From assembly GCF_022045235.1 (NCBI RefSeq), contig NW_027266271.1:25792001-25856000 (forward strand): DNA of 64,000 bases, given 5' to 3'. The position numbers and the translations under genes were made by a program. Source of the DNA: Haliotis cracherodii (Eukaryota). The first letter of the stretch is position 1; every line of letters begins with the position of its first letter. The notes beneath the pieces are model-generated. The model was given only the letters and a program-made list of their open reading frames with translations. It was not told the DNA's origin and did no database searches. Below are positions 50,812 to 63,057 of this stretch, piece by piece.

Positions 50812-51094
50812 GGGAGCACGGGTGCCCCAGTCGTCTAAGGCGCCGCGATTCGCTGTGCAGAATTTCGTTCCTTGGGCACGCCAGAAACCTATGATTGTGG
50901 GTTCGAATCCCGGTTCGCCCCGATTATGTTTCTAGGTTTGTCAGCACCATACCTGTGCTCGTGGGTTTCACCGAAGTGGTAAACGTCTGAGACCTGCATC
51001 ACTTCAGGCTTTCCTCCCGCATTAAGCTGACACACCGTGATATAACTGGAATACTGTTAAAAGCAGCATTAAACCCAACTCACTCACTCACTCA
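50812..51094 (+). mobile_element. tRNA-headed SINE, family D (best copy)
   Basis: A-box-like tgccccagtcg (50823), B box ggttcgaatcc (50900-50910), tail gatataactggaatactgttaaaagcagcattaaac + (actc)n. Confidence 0.9.
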
Positions 51095-51238
51095 TTCTGG
51101 ACAGTGATGCAGGAAGTCACACCTACTACTATGGATGACCATTTCTCAAATAGTTCGAAAGAGTTTGACTTTTGTTCTATTGTTTGTGGTGAGAAGAACA
51201 TGGCTGTAAAGTCCTATATCCACCACCTGTGCCAAATT

Positions 51239-51487
51239 ACCTGTGAAGATCCGGCGTAGAATAGGTCTTCAGCAACCATGCTTGCCGTAAAAGGCGACTA
51301 ACTGGATCGGGTGGTCATGTTCGCTGCCTTGATTGATGCATGTCATCATATCCCAATTGCTTAGATCGATGCTTTTGATGTCAATCAGTGGATTGTCTGG
51401 TCCAGACTCGATTATTTACAGACATCTGTCATATTGCTTGAGTGTTGCTGAGTGAGGCATTAAACAACAAACAAACAAACAAACAAA
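51239..51487 (+). mobile_element. SINE family A, full length, single-hairpin subfamily
   Basis: acctgtgaagatccggcgtagaataggtcttcagc head; (aaac)n tail; degenerate TSD acctgtg(c/t)ca(a/g)at. Confidence 0.88.
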
Positions 51488-52792
51488 ACCTGTGTCAGAT
51501 GACCGAATCTTCTGCTAGCTTCTCTTATCAGTAGTCTATCAACATTTTGCTGTTCGTATATTTATAATAATTTCCCTCCATGTGTGGTTAATTCTTTTGA
51601 TGTTCTATATGCAATTGCATTAGGTGTGATATTCATGTTAGACTATATATTTTATATTTAATGTGTGTTGTGATATGCTTTTACATTATATTGTTTTGTT
51701 GTGCTAAGGAATATATCTTGAAACTATCACAAGTTTCTTCAAGAATTGCATTTGCAAACTTTCTCAGTGCTCATGTATAAATTGATCAAACATTGTCTTT
51801 GGACAGACACTGAATAATTCTTCGAGTTAAGATGTGTTAAAGCAACAACGAAGAGGTGCTGATCAAGCCACATGTTTCTTTGACCAAAGATCATATACGA
51901 TCAATAAACTTGAAGGATAATCTGAAATATTTATATGTTTATGGCATAAGGGGTTTCTTCAATCAGTTCATGATAATCAATCAAATAATTATACAATATT
52001 TGCAGATATGAAGAGAAGAAATAAATATTCATAGTTTTTGTGTGTACTAGTGCCACAAGCATGTTAGAAAGCTTGAGAAGGAGGCATTCTTACAACTGGT
52101 GATTCTGTATATATATCTAGTCCAGTCTATATGTTGCTTACTGATATATACAGCTAATTCATAATATTAATTCAAACAAATACCGTCAAAATGTTGACCA
52201 CTTTTTAAGTTGAAAGAAGGCCAATGTCACAAGTGATTATTTTTATTTTTCAAATTTTAGAAATTTGTATTTTTTACGTTTCCATGGCAACAAGATGGAC
52301 TTAGGTTTCAAACTCTTCTTTTTTAACAATTTCCATGACAAGTTCCACCTCAGTTAAAAAAGATTAGGCTTTGTTTAGATTTAATTATATCATAAATTCT
52401 GCAACAGGGGCGGGGGATATAGCCATGTTAGTGGCAAACTCTTGTTTTATTTTTCATTATCATTTAAGTTGTTTACAAGGACCCTTTTATGGTTTGAACA
52501 AGTTAATGGTTGCAACCATATTAATGCTTTAGTCACTTGCCCTCTGAAAGCAGGCAGGAGTTGTCTCCCCTAGGACACTGGGGATAACTTGTGTATTCTA
52601 TTCAAGGTAACTGTCTACCTCTGTATGACCAGTGTTGTACGTGTGGTGGTTTGTTCATGACTGTATCCTGGTGGGACCAAATGGCTGTATGTCCTTATGA
52701 CAGAAATTCATGTACCATTGATTAGAGACAAATGTTAATTTTGTTATTAATTTTATATTCATGCATGTGTGTTACTTTTCTCTGTCTTAGTT

Positions 52793-53106
52793 AAGGCTTT
52801 AAAAATAAAAGAATTGGTTCTCAGGCAATGGCTTTTTTAAGATATAGTGTGGGTGGTGGCCTCTTTTTGTTTGTTTGGTTGTTCAAACTAGTATGTAACC
52901 AAATAAACAGTTGTGTACCATCAACCAGGGAAAGGGCTTTCCTCCATAAATGTATTCTTGATGAGTAAAATATAGTATTTGACTACTGTTGAACCTCGAA
53001 TATTTAAGGATCTTTTTGGAGGGAGAGATCATAACAAAAAGTGAGATGAACTTTATGATGATGCGGGCTATGCCTGAGAACTAAGACTATTATTGTTTTT
53101 AGCCTT
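52793..53106. mobile_element. Degenerate MITE (possibly Kolobok-like)
   Basis: aaggctttaaaaataaaagaattggttctcaggca vs reverse complement of tgcctgagaactaagactattattgtttttagcctt; TTAA at the left end only. Confidence 0.45.
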
Positions 53107-53711
53107 TGTGTCAAAGGAATAACAAGCTGTTTATGTTTTACAATAACATTTGATGAAGACTGTAAGAATAAAGCTACCAATCATAATTCAAATTTGTTTA
53201 AATACAGCTTTATGTTACTTTGAATTAAAAAGAAAATATTTATTTGGCCAATCTGGAAGGGTTGTCTCATGTCGCTGGAACTGGATAGGAATTATTTGCT
53301 CAGTGTTATTTGAATGGTCACTTTGTTTATTTATTATTTTTTCACAAATATATGCAATATTGGCCCCGCATGAAATGTCAGTGTTTGTTAGGGGTGTATT
53401 CATTCCAGATTCAACTTTGTGGAAAAGGAGACATGATTTCATAATTCTCGTTAGTAATTTATTATGACACTGTGTTACCAAATGAGGTAATTGTTGTGTT
53501 GTAAGACATTTACTTTCAGTAGTGCCGATCACTAATAACACCTCCAATGTATGAATGTTTAGTTTGCTTCAAACAGAGAGGATACACTGAGTTGATACTT
53601 CTTTGTGTTATTGCAAAACATACATTTTTCTACATAAACAACTCGAGAACATGTTTGTTTGTTTCTTAATTTCATTAAAGGAGGACCATATTGGGGCTAA
53701 TTGTATGAATA

Positions 53712-53946
53712 GGACTGCCTCCTTGGCCTAGTGGTAGAGCTTCCACCTGGAGTCATACCAAAAGACGTTAAAAGATGGTACTTTTTGTTACTCTGTCTGG
53801 AGCTCGGCATTAAGGGGCTAAAACAAGGACTGGTCGGCTTGGAGTTACTGTGTCTGAGTGGGGCATTCATGTTAAACTGTGGCATGGTATCTAATGGTAG
53901 AGCGTCTTCCCGGGGTCATACCAAAAGACGTTTAAAGATGGTACTT
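53712..53946 (+). mobile_element. SINE family C with internal deletion and a second partial head
   Basis: ggcctagtggtagagc...gtcataccaaaagacgttaaaagatggtac occurs twice (about 53725 and 53890). Confidence 0.75.
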
Positions 53947-54333
53947 AATTCTTACGAAACTTCTACCTCTATTACATTTCTGCCATAAATCCTGGCTTCA
54001 ATCACGCTAACTAAAATTTTCAGACTTTCAACAGATGTCCTCTTCACTGTCAAATACACACAACTAGTTGTCGCAAGTAGTCTAGTAACTACCCAAGCCA
54101 TGATGTCATAATGGCAGTAAGCTCACTTTTTTCAGGAAAGTGCTTGAGTCAACACCTACTTTAGTAGTAGTGACAATCTAGCACCTGTTAGTAGGTCACA
54201 TTAACCAAAGAATATTGTAATAAGATTGCTATAACAACAGACATATAAATAAATAATACATTTAAAGTAATAGTGCTGCTGGAAGAGACTACAGGCACAG
54301 GGGTATAGCTGGTCTTGGGTTTGTGAGGTCTCC

Positions 54334-57300
54334 ATGCAGTCTCCGAACACCCCTGGGTGTAAGAAATGTGGTTGTTTTATTATCACAGGAGATCCTCATA
54401 TAAAATGCACAAAGTACAGAGGGAAGAACTGCACCTTGGGGAAGAGATGTCATCAATGCATCCATTCATCTGAAGAGATCTTCTCCAAGATATCAGTGGC
54501 GGTGACTGAGGCCAAGAGGAGAGAGGCGGCAAAGAAGAAAGTGGAAGAGATCACCACTGATAAATCACTGTCTACCCCTGCGTCTTCCTCTCCAGCGACC
54601 CCATCATCTCCTGCTCTCACCATGAGTGTCCTACAACAGCTATTGAGAGAACAGCAGGAGATGATGAAGGATATACTAGAAGCTAAGTTGTCCGATATGA
54701 ATGCTAAGATCAAGACAGTAGCTCTGGCAAAGATTACCAGATCTTCATCCAAGGCCAGGGGCCAGACTGAACAAGAGCTGCAAGCTTAGCCGCACGGCCA
54801 GCCCACTGCCAGGCATGGGCCACGGCGTTGCTCCCAGTCGTCAACCCATGGACCAGTCACCAAGCCACCTAGCACAGAGAACAATACCGTACGGGAGCCG
54901 CACGGTATCCATGGACAGGCCATCCACGTCAACAAAGCCAGCCAGCCACCGTATGGCCCCATGGTCCTGCCTCCCACGACTGATAAGCCGTCCGGCCAGC
55001 CAACTGTGAAGAAACCATACGGCCACCGCACGGACTCCGTGTGCCAGCCACCCACGGCTACCTAGTCTACCGACCACAGCTTACCATTTGACCATCCAAC
55101 AGGCCAGTCAGCCGAGAGAACAGCCACGGTATGGCTACCGTTATGCATGTGTTACAAGCCTCACGGAGACATGTCATACCGGAGTCATGGTCACCGGAGG
55201 ATGACGAGCCTTACGGGGCAGAAGCTGAGGTGATTCCCAAGGCTACTCAGAGCAAGAATCAGAGGGTTTGGAGGAGCTTGACAACTCACCCCAAAGAGAT
55301 TACAGTGAAGGCTACACTTTTGTGGAACTTATAGAAGAGGTTTACCACCTTAAGCCTACACTTTGGCCACATGTGACAGAGGATTCACCACCCCAGATGC
55401 CGGAATACAGGGGATGTCATACGCCTAGTCCATCTCAGCATATTCATCGCAGGCAAGGTCGTAGACCAATTGACGGATAACAACCATCGACTCAAACATG
55501 ATGAACCACCTATGAAACGGAAGTTATACAAGACGCACGATGCTACACTTCCGGAGTTCCAACATTTCGATGAAGATTGCTATCAATTAGTGTGCAATCT
55601 TGACATGAATGTCACATCATCAGCATTACGTTTCAAGGATTTAGTATTGGTTGCCAGATACTCCACAGATATCGGGGCATATATAAATTGGTTTGTCGCC
55701 GGAATCAGACACATCATACCGCCTCTTCAACCATCCTATGAAGGAATTGCGCCGGAAACACCCATGACTATTAGGACCGATCAAGTTAGACTAATTCATA
55801 GCCTCCTTGACTCCGTCGTAAAGATGCAGGAAGATTAACTCACATACCAAATCTGTACTTCCTCACAGTTACTGAGACGACAGCTCCTATCTCAGATAAG
55901 GTCAAGGGCCGTATCTAGCCAGACCAAGAAGTTTGTGACGTAGCAACTGATATCAGCGACCACAACATTCAATGGCAAGCTCAGAAATTTGATGGATGAA
56001 GTGAAGCAAGATACAGCCCAGCGTTTCGAGACTTCAATCATAGACCTTGCGGGGAGAGTCATCACAGTCTCACAAGCGACCCTAGGACCCGGGTAAGTCA
56101 TCTATGTTCAAACAGTCTCCTAAGAAGAAGTTTGTCCCAGCCGGGAAGGATTAGTTCCAACCGTATGGAGGTACGACAAGCCACAATCTTCACAGGACTC
56201 TTTTTGCCAGCCAAGGGGATATAATCACCATGGAAGAACAAGCAGCAGGGGAAACAACATCCTGACTTGCTTACCACCCTCTCTGACGTTATAGACCCTT
56301 TCGACCTTGTTATGTCTATGGACTGGATTTATGCCTACTGTCTTTCAACATAACGCTGACTCCGGGCCCAGTGGGATGGCACCTTCTGTCATACGCCGAA
56401 AATTGGAAGCAAGTTACGCCCAACCACTGGATTCTAGTTCACGGTTACAAGCTACAATTCAGGAAACATCCGAGCCTGAACATACACACCGTGGGTTGAA
56501 GGTTTCACCTGACCGGTGCCAAGTTAGCAGCTGCAGAATTAGCCGTCAGGAAACTATTAAAGAAGCGAGCCAGGAGTCCAACACCACCAAAGGTTTTTAC
56601 TCCCCAAAGTCTTTTTAGTCCCAAAGACCGAGATGAGGATGATAATAGATCCTCAACAAGAGATATCTTACAGGTGCATACCTTTACGTTTCGATACACC
56701 CATCATCTCGGAAATATCTATGCTTCAATGGCTGACACTACAAATTCCAAGTCCTACTATTCGGGAGAGCAATAGCACCTTGGCACACCCCAATATATAT
56801 CATGAAAAATATAATTACGGAAAGAATTATGTTTTCTTGAGATGATGTAATCAGTCATGGGTGACGAAAGCTAATGTGCCATGCATGGTATGCCTGTGCA
56901 GCATGCTACCCTCGAGTATCTCTAAAAGCAGTATATCCAACATCCATATCCAGCAGCTATATATAACGTTAAAATTGCTTTCTTAAGCTCTGTTTTAAAC
57001 AGATATTCCATGACATTGGGTGACCATGGCATAAAGGCGATTTTCAAACGCCACAAGATGGCAAATAATTGGCATGCATAACGCATGAATGTCTTGTAAT
57101 GCCATTGGTTGGAATTTGGGTTATCAACACGCTGTCGTAAGCTGTTTAGTCGAGAAACATGCTCAGACCGGTGATGTACAGGACCGTTCCAGATCCAGTA
57201 GACCTGTCTGAAACAGCTGTGGTTGCCCAATCAGCATTTCAGCACCAGAACTGTCAGGTAGCGGCTGAAAGCAAGCAGGACTGAGGGCGAGACGAGTCAA

Positions 57301-59330
57301 ATTTTCCCTTGTTGAGATATCACCACAAAGCTGCTCCTTTAGCATGGTGTATTGTGCAACGGAACTGGAATCTGAGAACTTGGAGATCCATTCGTTAGAC
57401 GAAAGTCACTTTCTGCTCCACGTCACTGATGGAAGAACAAGAGTTTGGAGGCACTGGAACACGGCCTACACCCCAAGGAACATTAAAACAATTGCTGTAT
57501 ATGGTGGGGGCTCGGTAATGCTTTGGTGGTGTATCTCTCATGATTGCAGGTTGAATTTGGTCACCATAAGGGGCAACTTAACAGGGGCTCAGTACATCCG
57601 GGACGTTTTGAGCCAGTCGTCGTTCCTCATTTTGACAAACACCCTCTTGCTACTTGACCTTAGTACATGGATGACAATGCCAGGCCTCATCGTTCGCATG
57701 CAGTCGTTGATAACATGAGGGCCACTTCAATTACTACTCTACCCTAGCCAGCAATGAGCCCAGATTTGAACCCCCATGAACATGTTTTGGATATTCTGGG
57801 GCGGTGCATACAGGCCTGAGATCCTCCTGTACAAGATTTACGCCAATTGGAAGCAGCATTGCATCAGGAGTGGTTGTTGTTGACCCATCAACAGATCCAA
57901 CGTCTGACTGGAGGCATGAGACGTAGGGTGGAATGCATCATCCGGGTACGTAGCAGTAATACCCGCTACTGATCTGTGTCATGTCAAGTAGAGACTTTAA
58001 GGAACATTTTCACATGAAAAATCAAATGTAACCTTTACTTAATCCTGCAGCTCCATACATTTTTTAGGTATTGTCTATGGTCGAAATCAGTACCTGTGTT
58101 ACCATGATGTTTTGTCTGTAAATTTCTATCACAACTCACCAATATCTTGTCAAATGTTTGTTCTATCCAATGACATTTGTGTCGTCCAGCTCCTGTGGTC
58201 AGTCATCCCATGCAATGGTTTTTGCCATTTGTCAAGGTTCAGATATAGGGGTGTACTTATCCTTTTTCTTTGTGCATACATCGGAGCGCAAGATTCCAGC
58301 TAGACAGGGGATATCTATGTCCACCTGAAGATAAGACTATAAAGATGATCCAATCAATCTCAAGTCAATCAAGCAAGTCGCTGAGGTGGTGGATGTCTCT
58401 TAAAGGCATCTTGACATCTCTACAGGATATGACCTTCAGAGGAAGGCGGACGCTACGTCCTCTACAGACATGGGTAAACTCTATCCGATTGAAAGGCCTT
58501 GAGTTCCAGTCTCTGTTACCTCCCACATTGCTGCAAGACCTCCATTGGTGGAATCATCCCTCTGACTTTGCCAGAACATCATCTATTCACAGACGCGCCA
58601 GATTCGGGATGGAGAGCTCATATGGACGATCTCACAGTACAGGGATCGTGGAGCACAGAGGAGAACCTTCATATCAACTGCAGGGAAATGAAGGCCATAT
58701 ATTACGCCATCCTCAAATCGAGAACACAACTTCATCTATCATCAGTACTCATAGCCATGAACAACACCACAGTAGTGGCATATATTCAGAAGCAGGGCGG
58801 AACCAGATCCAACTCCCTGATGATGGAGACTACACATTTGTTTGCCTTGGCAGACTTCTTCAACAGCTGGAGGGAAGCGAAACACATAGCCGGGAAACTG
58901 AACATACTGGCTGACACGTTGGGGGAGAATAGTGGCAACAGAATGGACATTACATCCTCAGCTGGATAACCAAGATGTGGGGCGTGCCACACAGATCTAT
59001 TCGCCACCTGCCAGAACAACCAACTCCCAGTTTATGTCAGTCCAGTTCCAGACCCAAGAGGTCACCAAATCGACGCTCTTTCGATGGATTGGACGACTCT
59101 ATTCGGCTGCGCATTCCCACCATAGTCTCTCCTAGACAAGGTCATCCACAAGGTGCATGAGACAGATTGCGTAATAATATTGATAGCCCCAGTATGGCTC
59201 AGCAGGGCATGGTTCACCAGACCATATTAGCTAACAAGGAAGGAACCAATACAGTTACCACTTCATCGGGATCTGCTACGACAGCCCAGGCCTAGCAGAA
59301 AATCTGCCCAGCCTACATCTAACAACCAGG
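54334..59330 (+). mobile_element. Decayed DIRS-type (tyrosine-recombinase class) retrotransposon: gag, partial RT, RNase H, methyltransferase-like domain; YR not seen
   Basis: Cys-rich gag start CKKC...DPH..C...C...CHQC (54334); RT N-part HGYKLQF, GFYS..FLVPK, RMIID (about 56430-56655); RT end GARFQLDRGYLCPP; RNase H LFTDA..GW, HINCREMKA, NTTVVAYIQKQGGTRS, HIAGKLNILADTL; MT DLFA...DALSMDW...AFPP...LIAPVW...WF; many stops and frameshifts. Confidence 0.9.
56671..58276 (+). mobile_element. Decayed Tc1 (DD34E) transposon nested in the DIRS RT
   Basis: DESHF; DGRTRVWR; GGGSVMLW; MDDNARPH...SPDLNPHEHV with exactly 34 residues between D and E; EW...IQRL..GMRRRV; TA at both ends; TIRs only weakly similar. 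Confidence 0.9.
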
Positions 59331-60029
59331 TAGTTGTGGCGCCTACAGGGCATCTATTCCCTCATCCAACAATAGTCTCACCCCTTCTATCAAAAATAAA
59401 AAATGTGTGTGTGTGTGTGTGCGTTCGAGGATCCGACACCAGCAGCATCAGCGGGTAAGTACACCCTTGATTACTCTGCTTATTAGGTGTAGGATGGATT
59501 AGAAGCACCTTAAATGTCATCTATCACCATTGACCGGAAGTGATAGAGAAACCAGAAGTGACGTCAACAACAGAAATAGCTGAACAAAGCCCTTCTAACC
59601 AGGAAATGACGTCTTGGGGGTAGAAATAGACCTAAAGAGACATCAGAACCAGAAGAACCAGATTGAGGATTGCTGTCAATTATACAGGGAGTTACAACAA
59701 TCATCCTCGATCAACTCCATTCCAGTATGCTGTAAATACCCTGGACCAATACACAACCATCTATCTCCCGTATAGCTAACCTAGCACAGAATATCTATGG
59801 CTGATGACCCTGAGCTCAACAACCAATCAAAGTTACTCTCCATAACAAGAGTCTGGCATAGATCTTCATTAGTACACAGCAGCCGTCTTCAAGTGAGCCC
59901 TAGATATATTAGAAATAATGGATATACTACAAATCAGAATTAACTTCTTGCTGGAAAAGATGTTTCCTTGATGATATAGACAGGGTGAAGGAAGTTCTTA
60001 TGCTTCTAGGCATTCCCAGTTGTATTTGA

Positions 60030-60246
60030 TTTGTTTATTTTTTTGTTTACACCGCACTCAGCCAAGTTCCAGCTTTTTGATGGCGGTCTGTAAATAATTG
60101 AGTTTGGACAAGACAGTCCAGTGATTGACATCATGAGCATCAATCTACGCAATTGGGATACAATGACATGCATAATCCAAGTCCGCAAGTCTGACCACCC
60201 GATCCCTTTAGTCGCCTCTTATGACAAGCATGGGTTGCTGAAGACC
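60030..60246 (-). mobile_element. SINE family A, 5'-truncated, single-hairpin subfamily
   Basis: gtcgcctcttatgacaagcatgggttgctgaagacc; tail caccgcactcagc. Confidence 0.85.
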
Positions 60247-60405
60247 AAGAGACAAAACATGTAATAGGTGGCGCTATGATTGAGCCTGCAAATTCCAGCC
60301 GAGATCGGCAAGGATGGAAACTGGACTTTCATGGTCAGTTGACACCATTGCCTCGGGAAGATACATCTACCTGGAGAAACATTACTTTAAGCTCAGGTAG
60401 ATCCA

Positions 60406-60634
60406 ATGTGAAGTAATGTTTCCCCAGGTAGACGGTGCATCCCATGTGAAGTAATGTTTCCCCAGGTAGACGGTGCATCCCATGTAAAGAAATGTTTCCC
60501 CAGGTAGACGGTGCATCCCATGTGAAGTAATGTTTCCCCAGGTAGATGGTGCATCCCATGTGAAGTAATGTTTCCCCAGGTAGACGGTGCATCCCATGTG
60601 AAGTAATGTTTCCCCACGTAGATGCTGCATCCCA
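60406..60634. repeat. 38-bp minisatellite (atgtgaagtaatgtttccccaggtagacggtgcatccc) x6
   Basis: Units at 60406, 60444 and onward. Confidence 0.95.
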
Positions 60635-60842
60635 TATCATGTAATGCCCCCCTTGGTCATGCTGTTAGATGTCCCATTGTGTGTCAAAGTAATGGACTCC
60701 TGAGTCTTCCGTTGCTGCAGAGACAAGATGGGGGGTTCAGTTGAAGGTGTAGATCATACTGTCACGATGTTCTTCCTGTATCTGCCAGTGCCACATTAGG
60801 TCATATCACACACCATGCAACTAAGTAGTCGTCACTTTTGTA

Positions 60843-60905
60843 TTTATTCACATATCCACAATGTAAACGCTAGTATAGTTTTAGAAATCAACACTTCGGT
60901 TTATT
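60843..60905 (-). terminator. Candidate polyadenylation signals for the HP1 3' UTR
   Basis: AATAAA on the minus strand at 60905-60900 and 60848-60843, about 1.75 kb after the HP1 stop across repeat-free UTR-like sequence. Confidence 0.4.
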
Positions 60906-62622
60906 ATTCAAATCAACAGTGAAATCCTGTAAGAGAGTTGTGAAGGTGTAGTGAAAGAAAAATGTTAAATAATTTGATGTCACAAACACCTGTATTTCAT
61001 ACATTTGCATTACTGTAGTCTATATTTTTCTTACAAGTTCGAAGTTACCTGCTTTCAAAGCCCATTTTGAGACATCCCCAGTCTGAGAAAACGGACACAA
61101 TACTTCACATTTCATATTTATTCAGAAGCTTATCGGTTTTCATCAAATTTCCGTTCTAAAAAATGTACAAAGATGGTCACTGCCAGGTACACAAACAGGC
61201 TATAGTTTAGTGTCAATTTTTTCTCTGATGGAATGTAAATAATGCATCAACCGAAAGGATGCTTCTGGTAAGTGAACGGATTTGGCTGATGAGAGCTTGC
61301 CTGGACTCTGTTTTATACTACCGTAATAACCACGTCCAAACACTTGATGCACTACCAACATCCCCACAAAAGTCTTTCTCCTGGGTTCTATACACCATGC
61401 TTGCATTTCTCCAAAATGGTTGTTCTACCAAGTCAGTCTATTGAGGTCAACAGTTAATGACCAGTGATAAAATCACGAGACTTTCCAGGACCCATGCAGT
61501 CTTGCCCACAGGGAGGAACCTTGACCACGTTCACCAAGGGGTACCAAATGCCTACAGTGATGACCAAAATACACAAGTCTTTGACAATGTGAAAGGTATG
61601 TGACATTTTACATGATATAAAACAAGATATACCGACATAAACTCAATACAAGAACTCATACTTGTGAAGCTTACATGAACTCTAGCGAGGAAGAAAAACA
61701 AGACAATCTGGAATAGACTTAAAAATCAATTCATATCAACACCTAACAAATGACAGAGTGGTCTAACATTCTCCAAATATCTGAATACTGGACGATTTAA
61801 TGTTTTCATGCAACCAGTATACCAGCTAATACTCGTTACCACTTAAACACTGCGGCAAAATGCAATCATGACGACTGGATTCATACAAGAGACTCGAACT
61901 TAAAGTGGACAGTAAATTAGAACACACTTAAACGGCAGAATCTTAGCTGCCACAAACACCTAACCTTCTCACAAGATATCTGCAGAAAGGTGAAACAGGT
62001 TACAGAACTGATTTGAATGAATGATGGAAGATGCGATAGATTAGCACTTTCTTTACAATCTGAATGATGCATACACAAACCAGCATTCCATGACAGGATT
62101 CGAGTTCTTCACAGGTACTGGTGGGTTCATTTGTCATAAAAAAAAATTATTAAAAATATTCTCCCAGCTTGACAGTTTTGAACATGATTAAAACACTGTA
62201 CCAGACAAAATGCTACCAGATTGGTCAAAACTAAAAACGTAATCAATAATAACCATCAAAGCCAACAATTTTCATCTTAAAGCCCTAATCGGTCTTCATA
62301 ACGGTCCACAATGTTCTAATAGAAAACTACTATGACAAAGTTTGATTTCTTTGGTTGTGACAAATGATGCTAAGATCCAGAGAAATGCTGAGAGAATCCG
62401 TCTTGACTTCCCTTTATAAGGAGGTTACTCCAAAATGCAAGTTTCAGCTCTTTTGTCACGATCGGTGAAAAAATCGTCCATGTTAATGACGACAGCTGAT
62501 GGGGCCAACAGATCCATGTTAAAATACATTCCCTCTTTCCCCATGGTGATGTTTAGTTTCCATGGAAACGATGTTTATACACAATGAGTTTGATAAAACA
62601 ATGACTGTCTCCAACTGTTGTT

Positions 62623-62787
<165 letters not shown>

Positions 62788-62832
62788 TCAAGGGAACATA
62801 TGAACATCCACGCCATCTTGGTGCAATTACAC

Positions 62833-63057
62833 GTTTGTCTGACGTTTAACGCGACACTCAAAAATATTCCAGCTACATAATATACGGCAGTCTGTACACA
62901 ATCCAGTGATTAATGTCATGAGCATCGATCCAAGCAATTGGGATCGATGACATGCATCAACCAAGTCAGTGAGTCTGACCACCCGATCCCGTTAGTCACC
63001 TATTACGGCAAGCATGGGTTGCTGAAGACCTATTCTACCCCAGAATCTTCACGGGTC
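62833..63057 (-). mobile_element. SINE family A in the HP1 intron, single-hairpin subfamily
   Basis: 5' end GACCCGTGAAGATTCTGGGGTAGAATAGGTCTTCAG at 63057. Confidence 0.88.

Noticed and set aside
53950-59930. Possible inverted terminal repeats of the DIRS element
   Set aside because: Only patchy similarity between about 53975 and 59910; termini cannot be defined by eye
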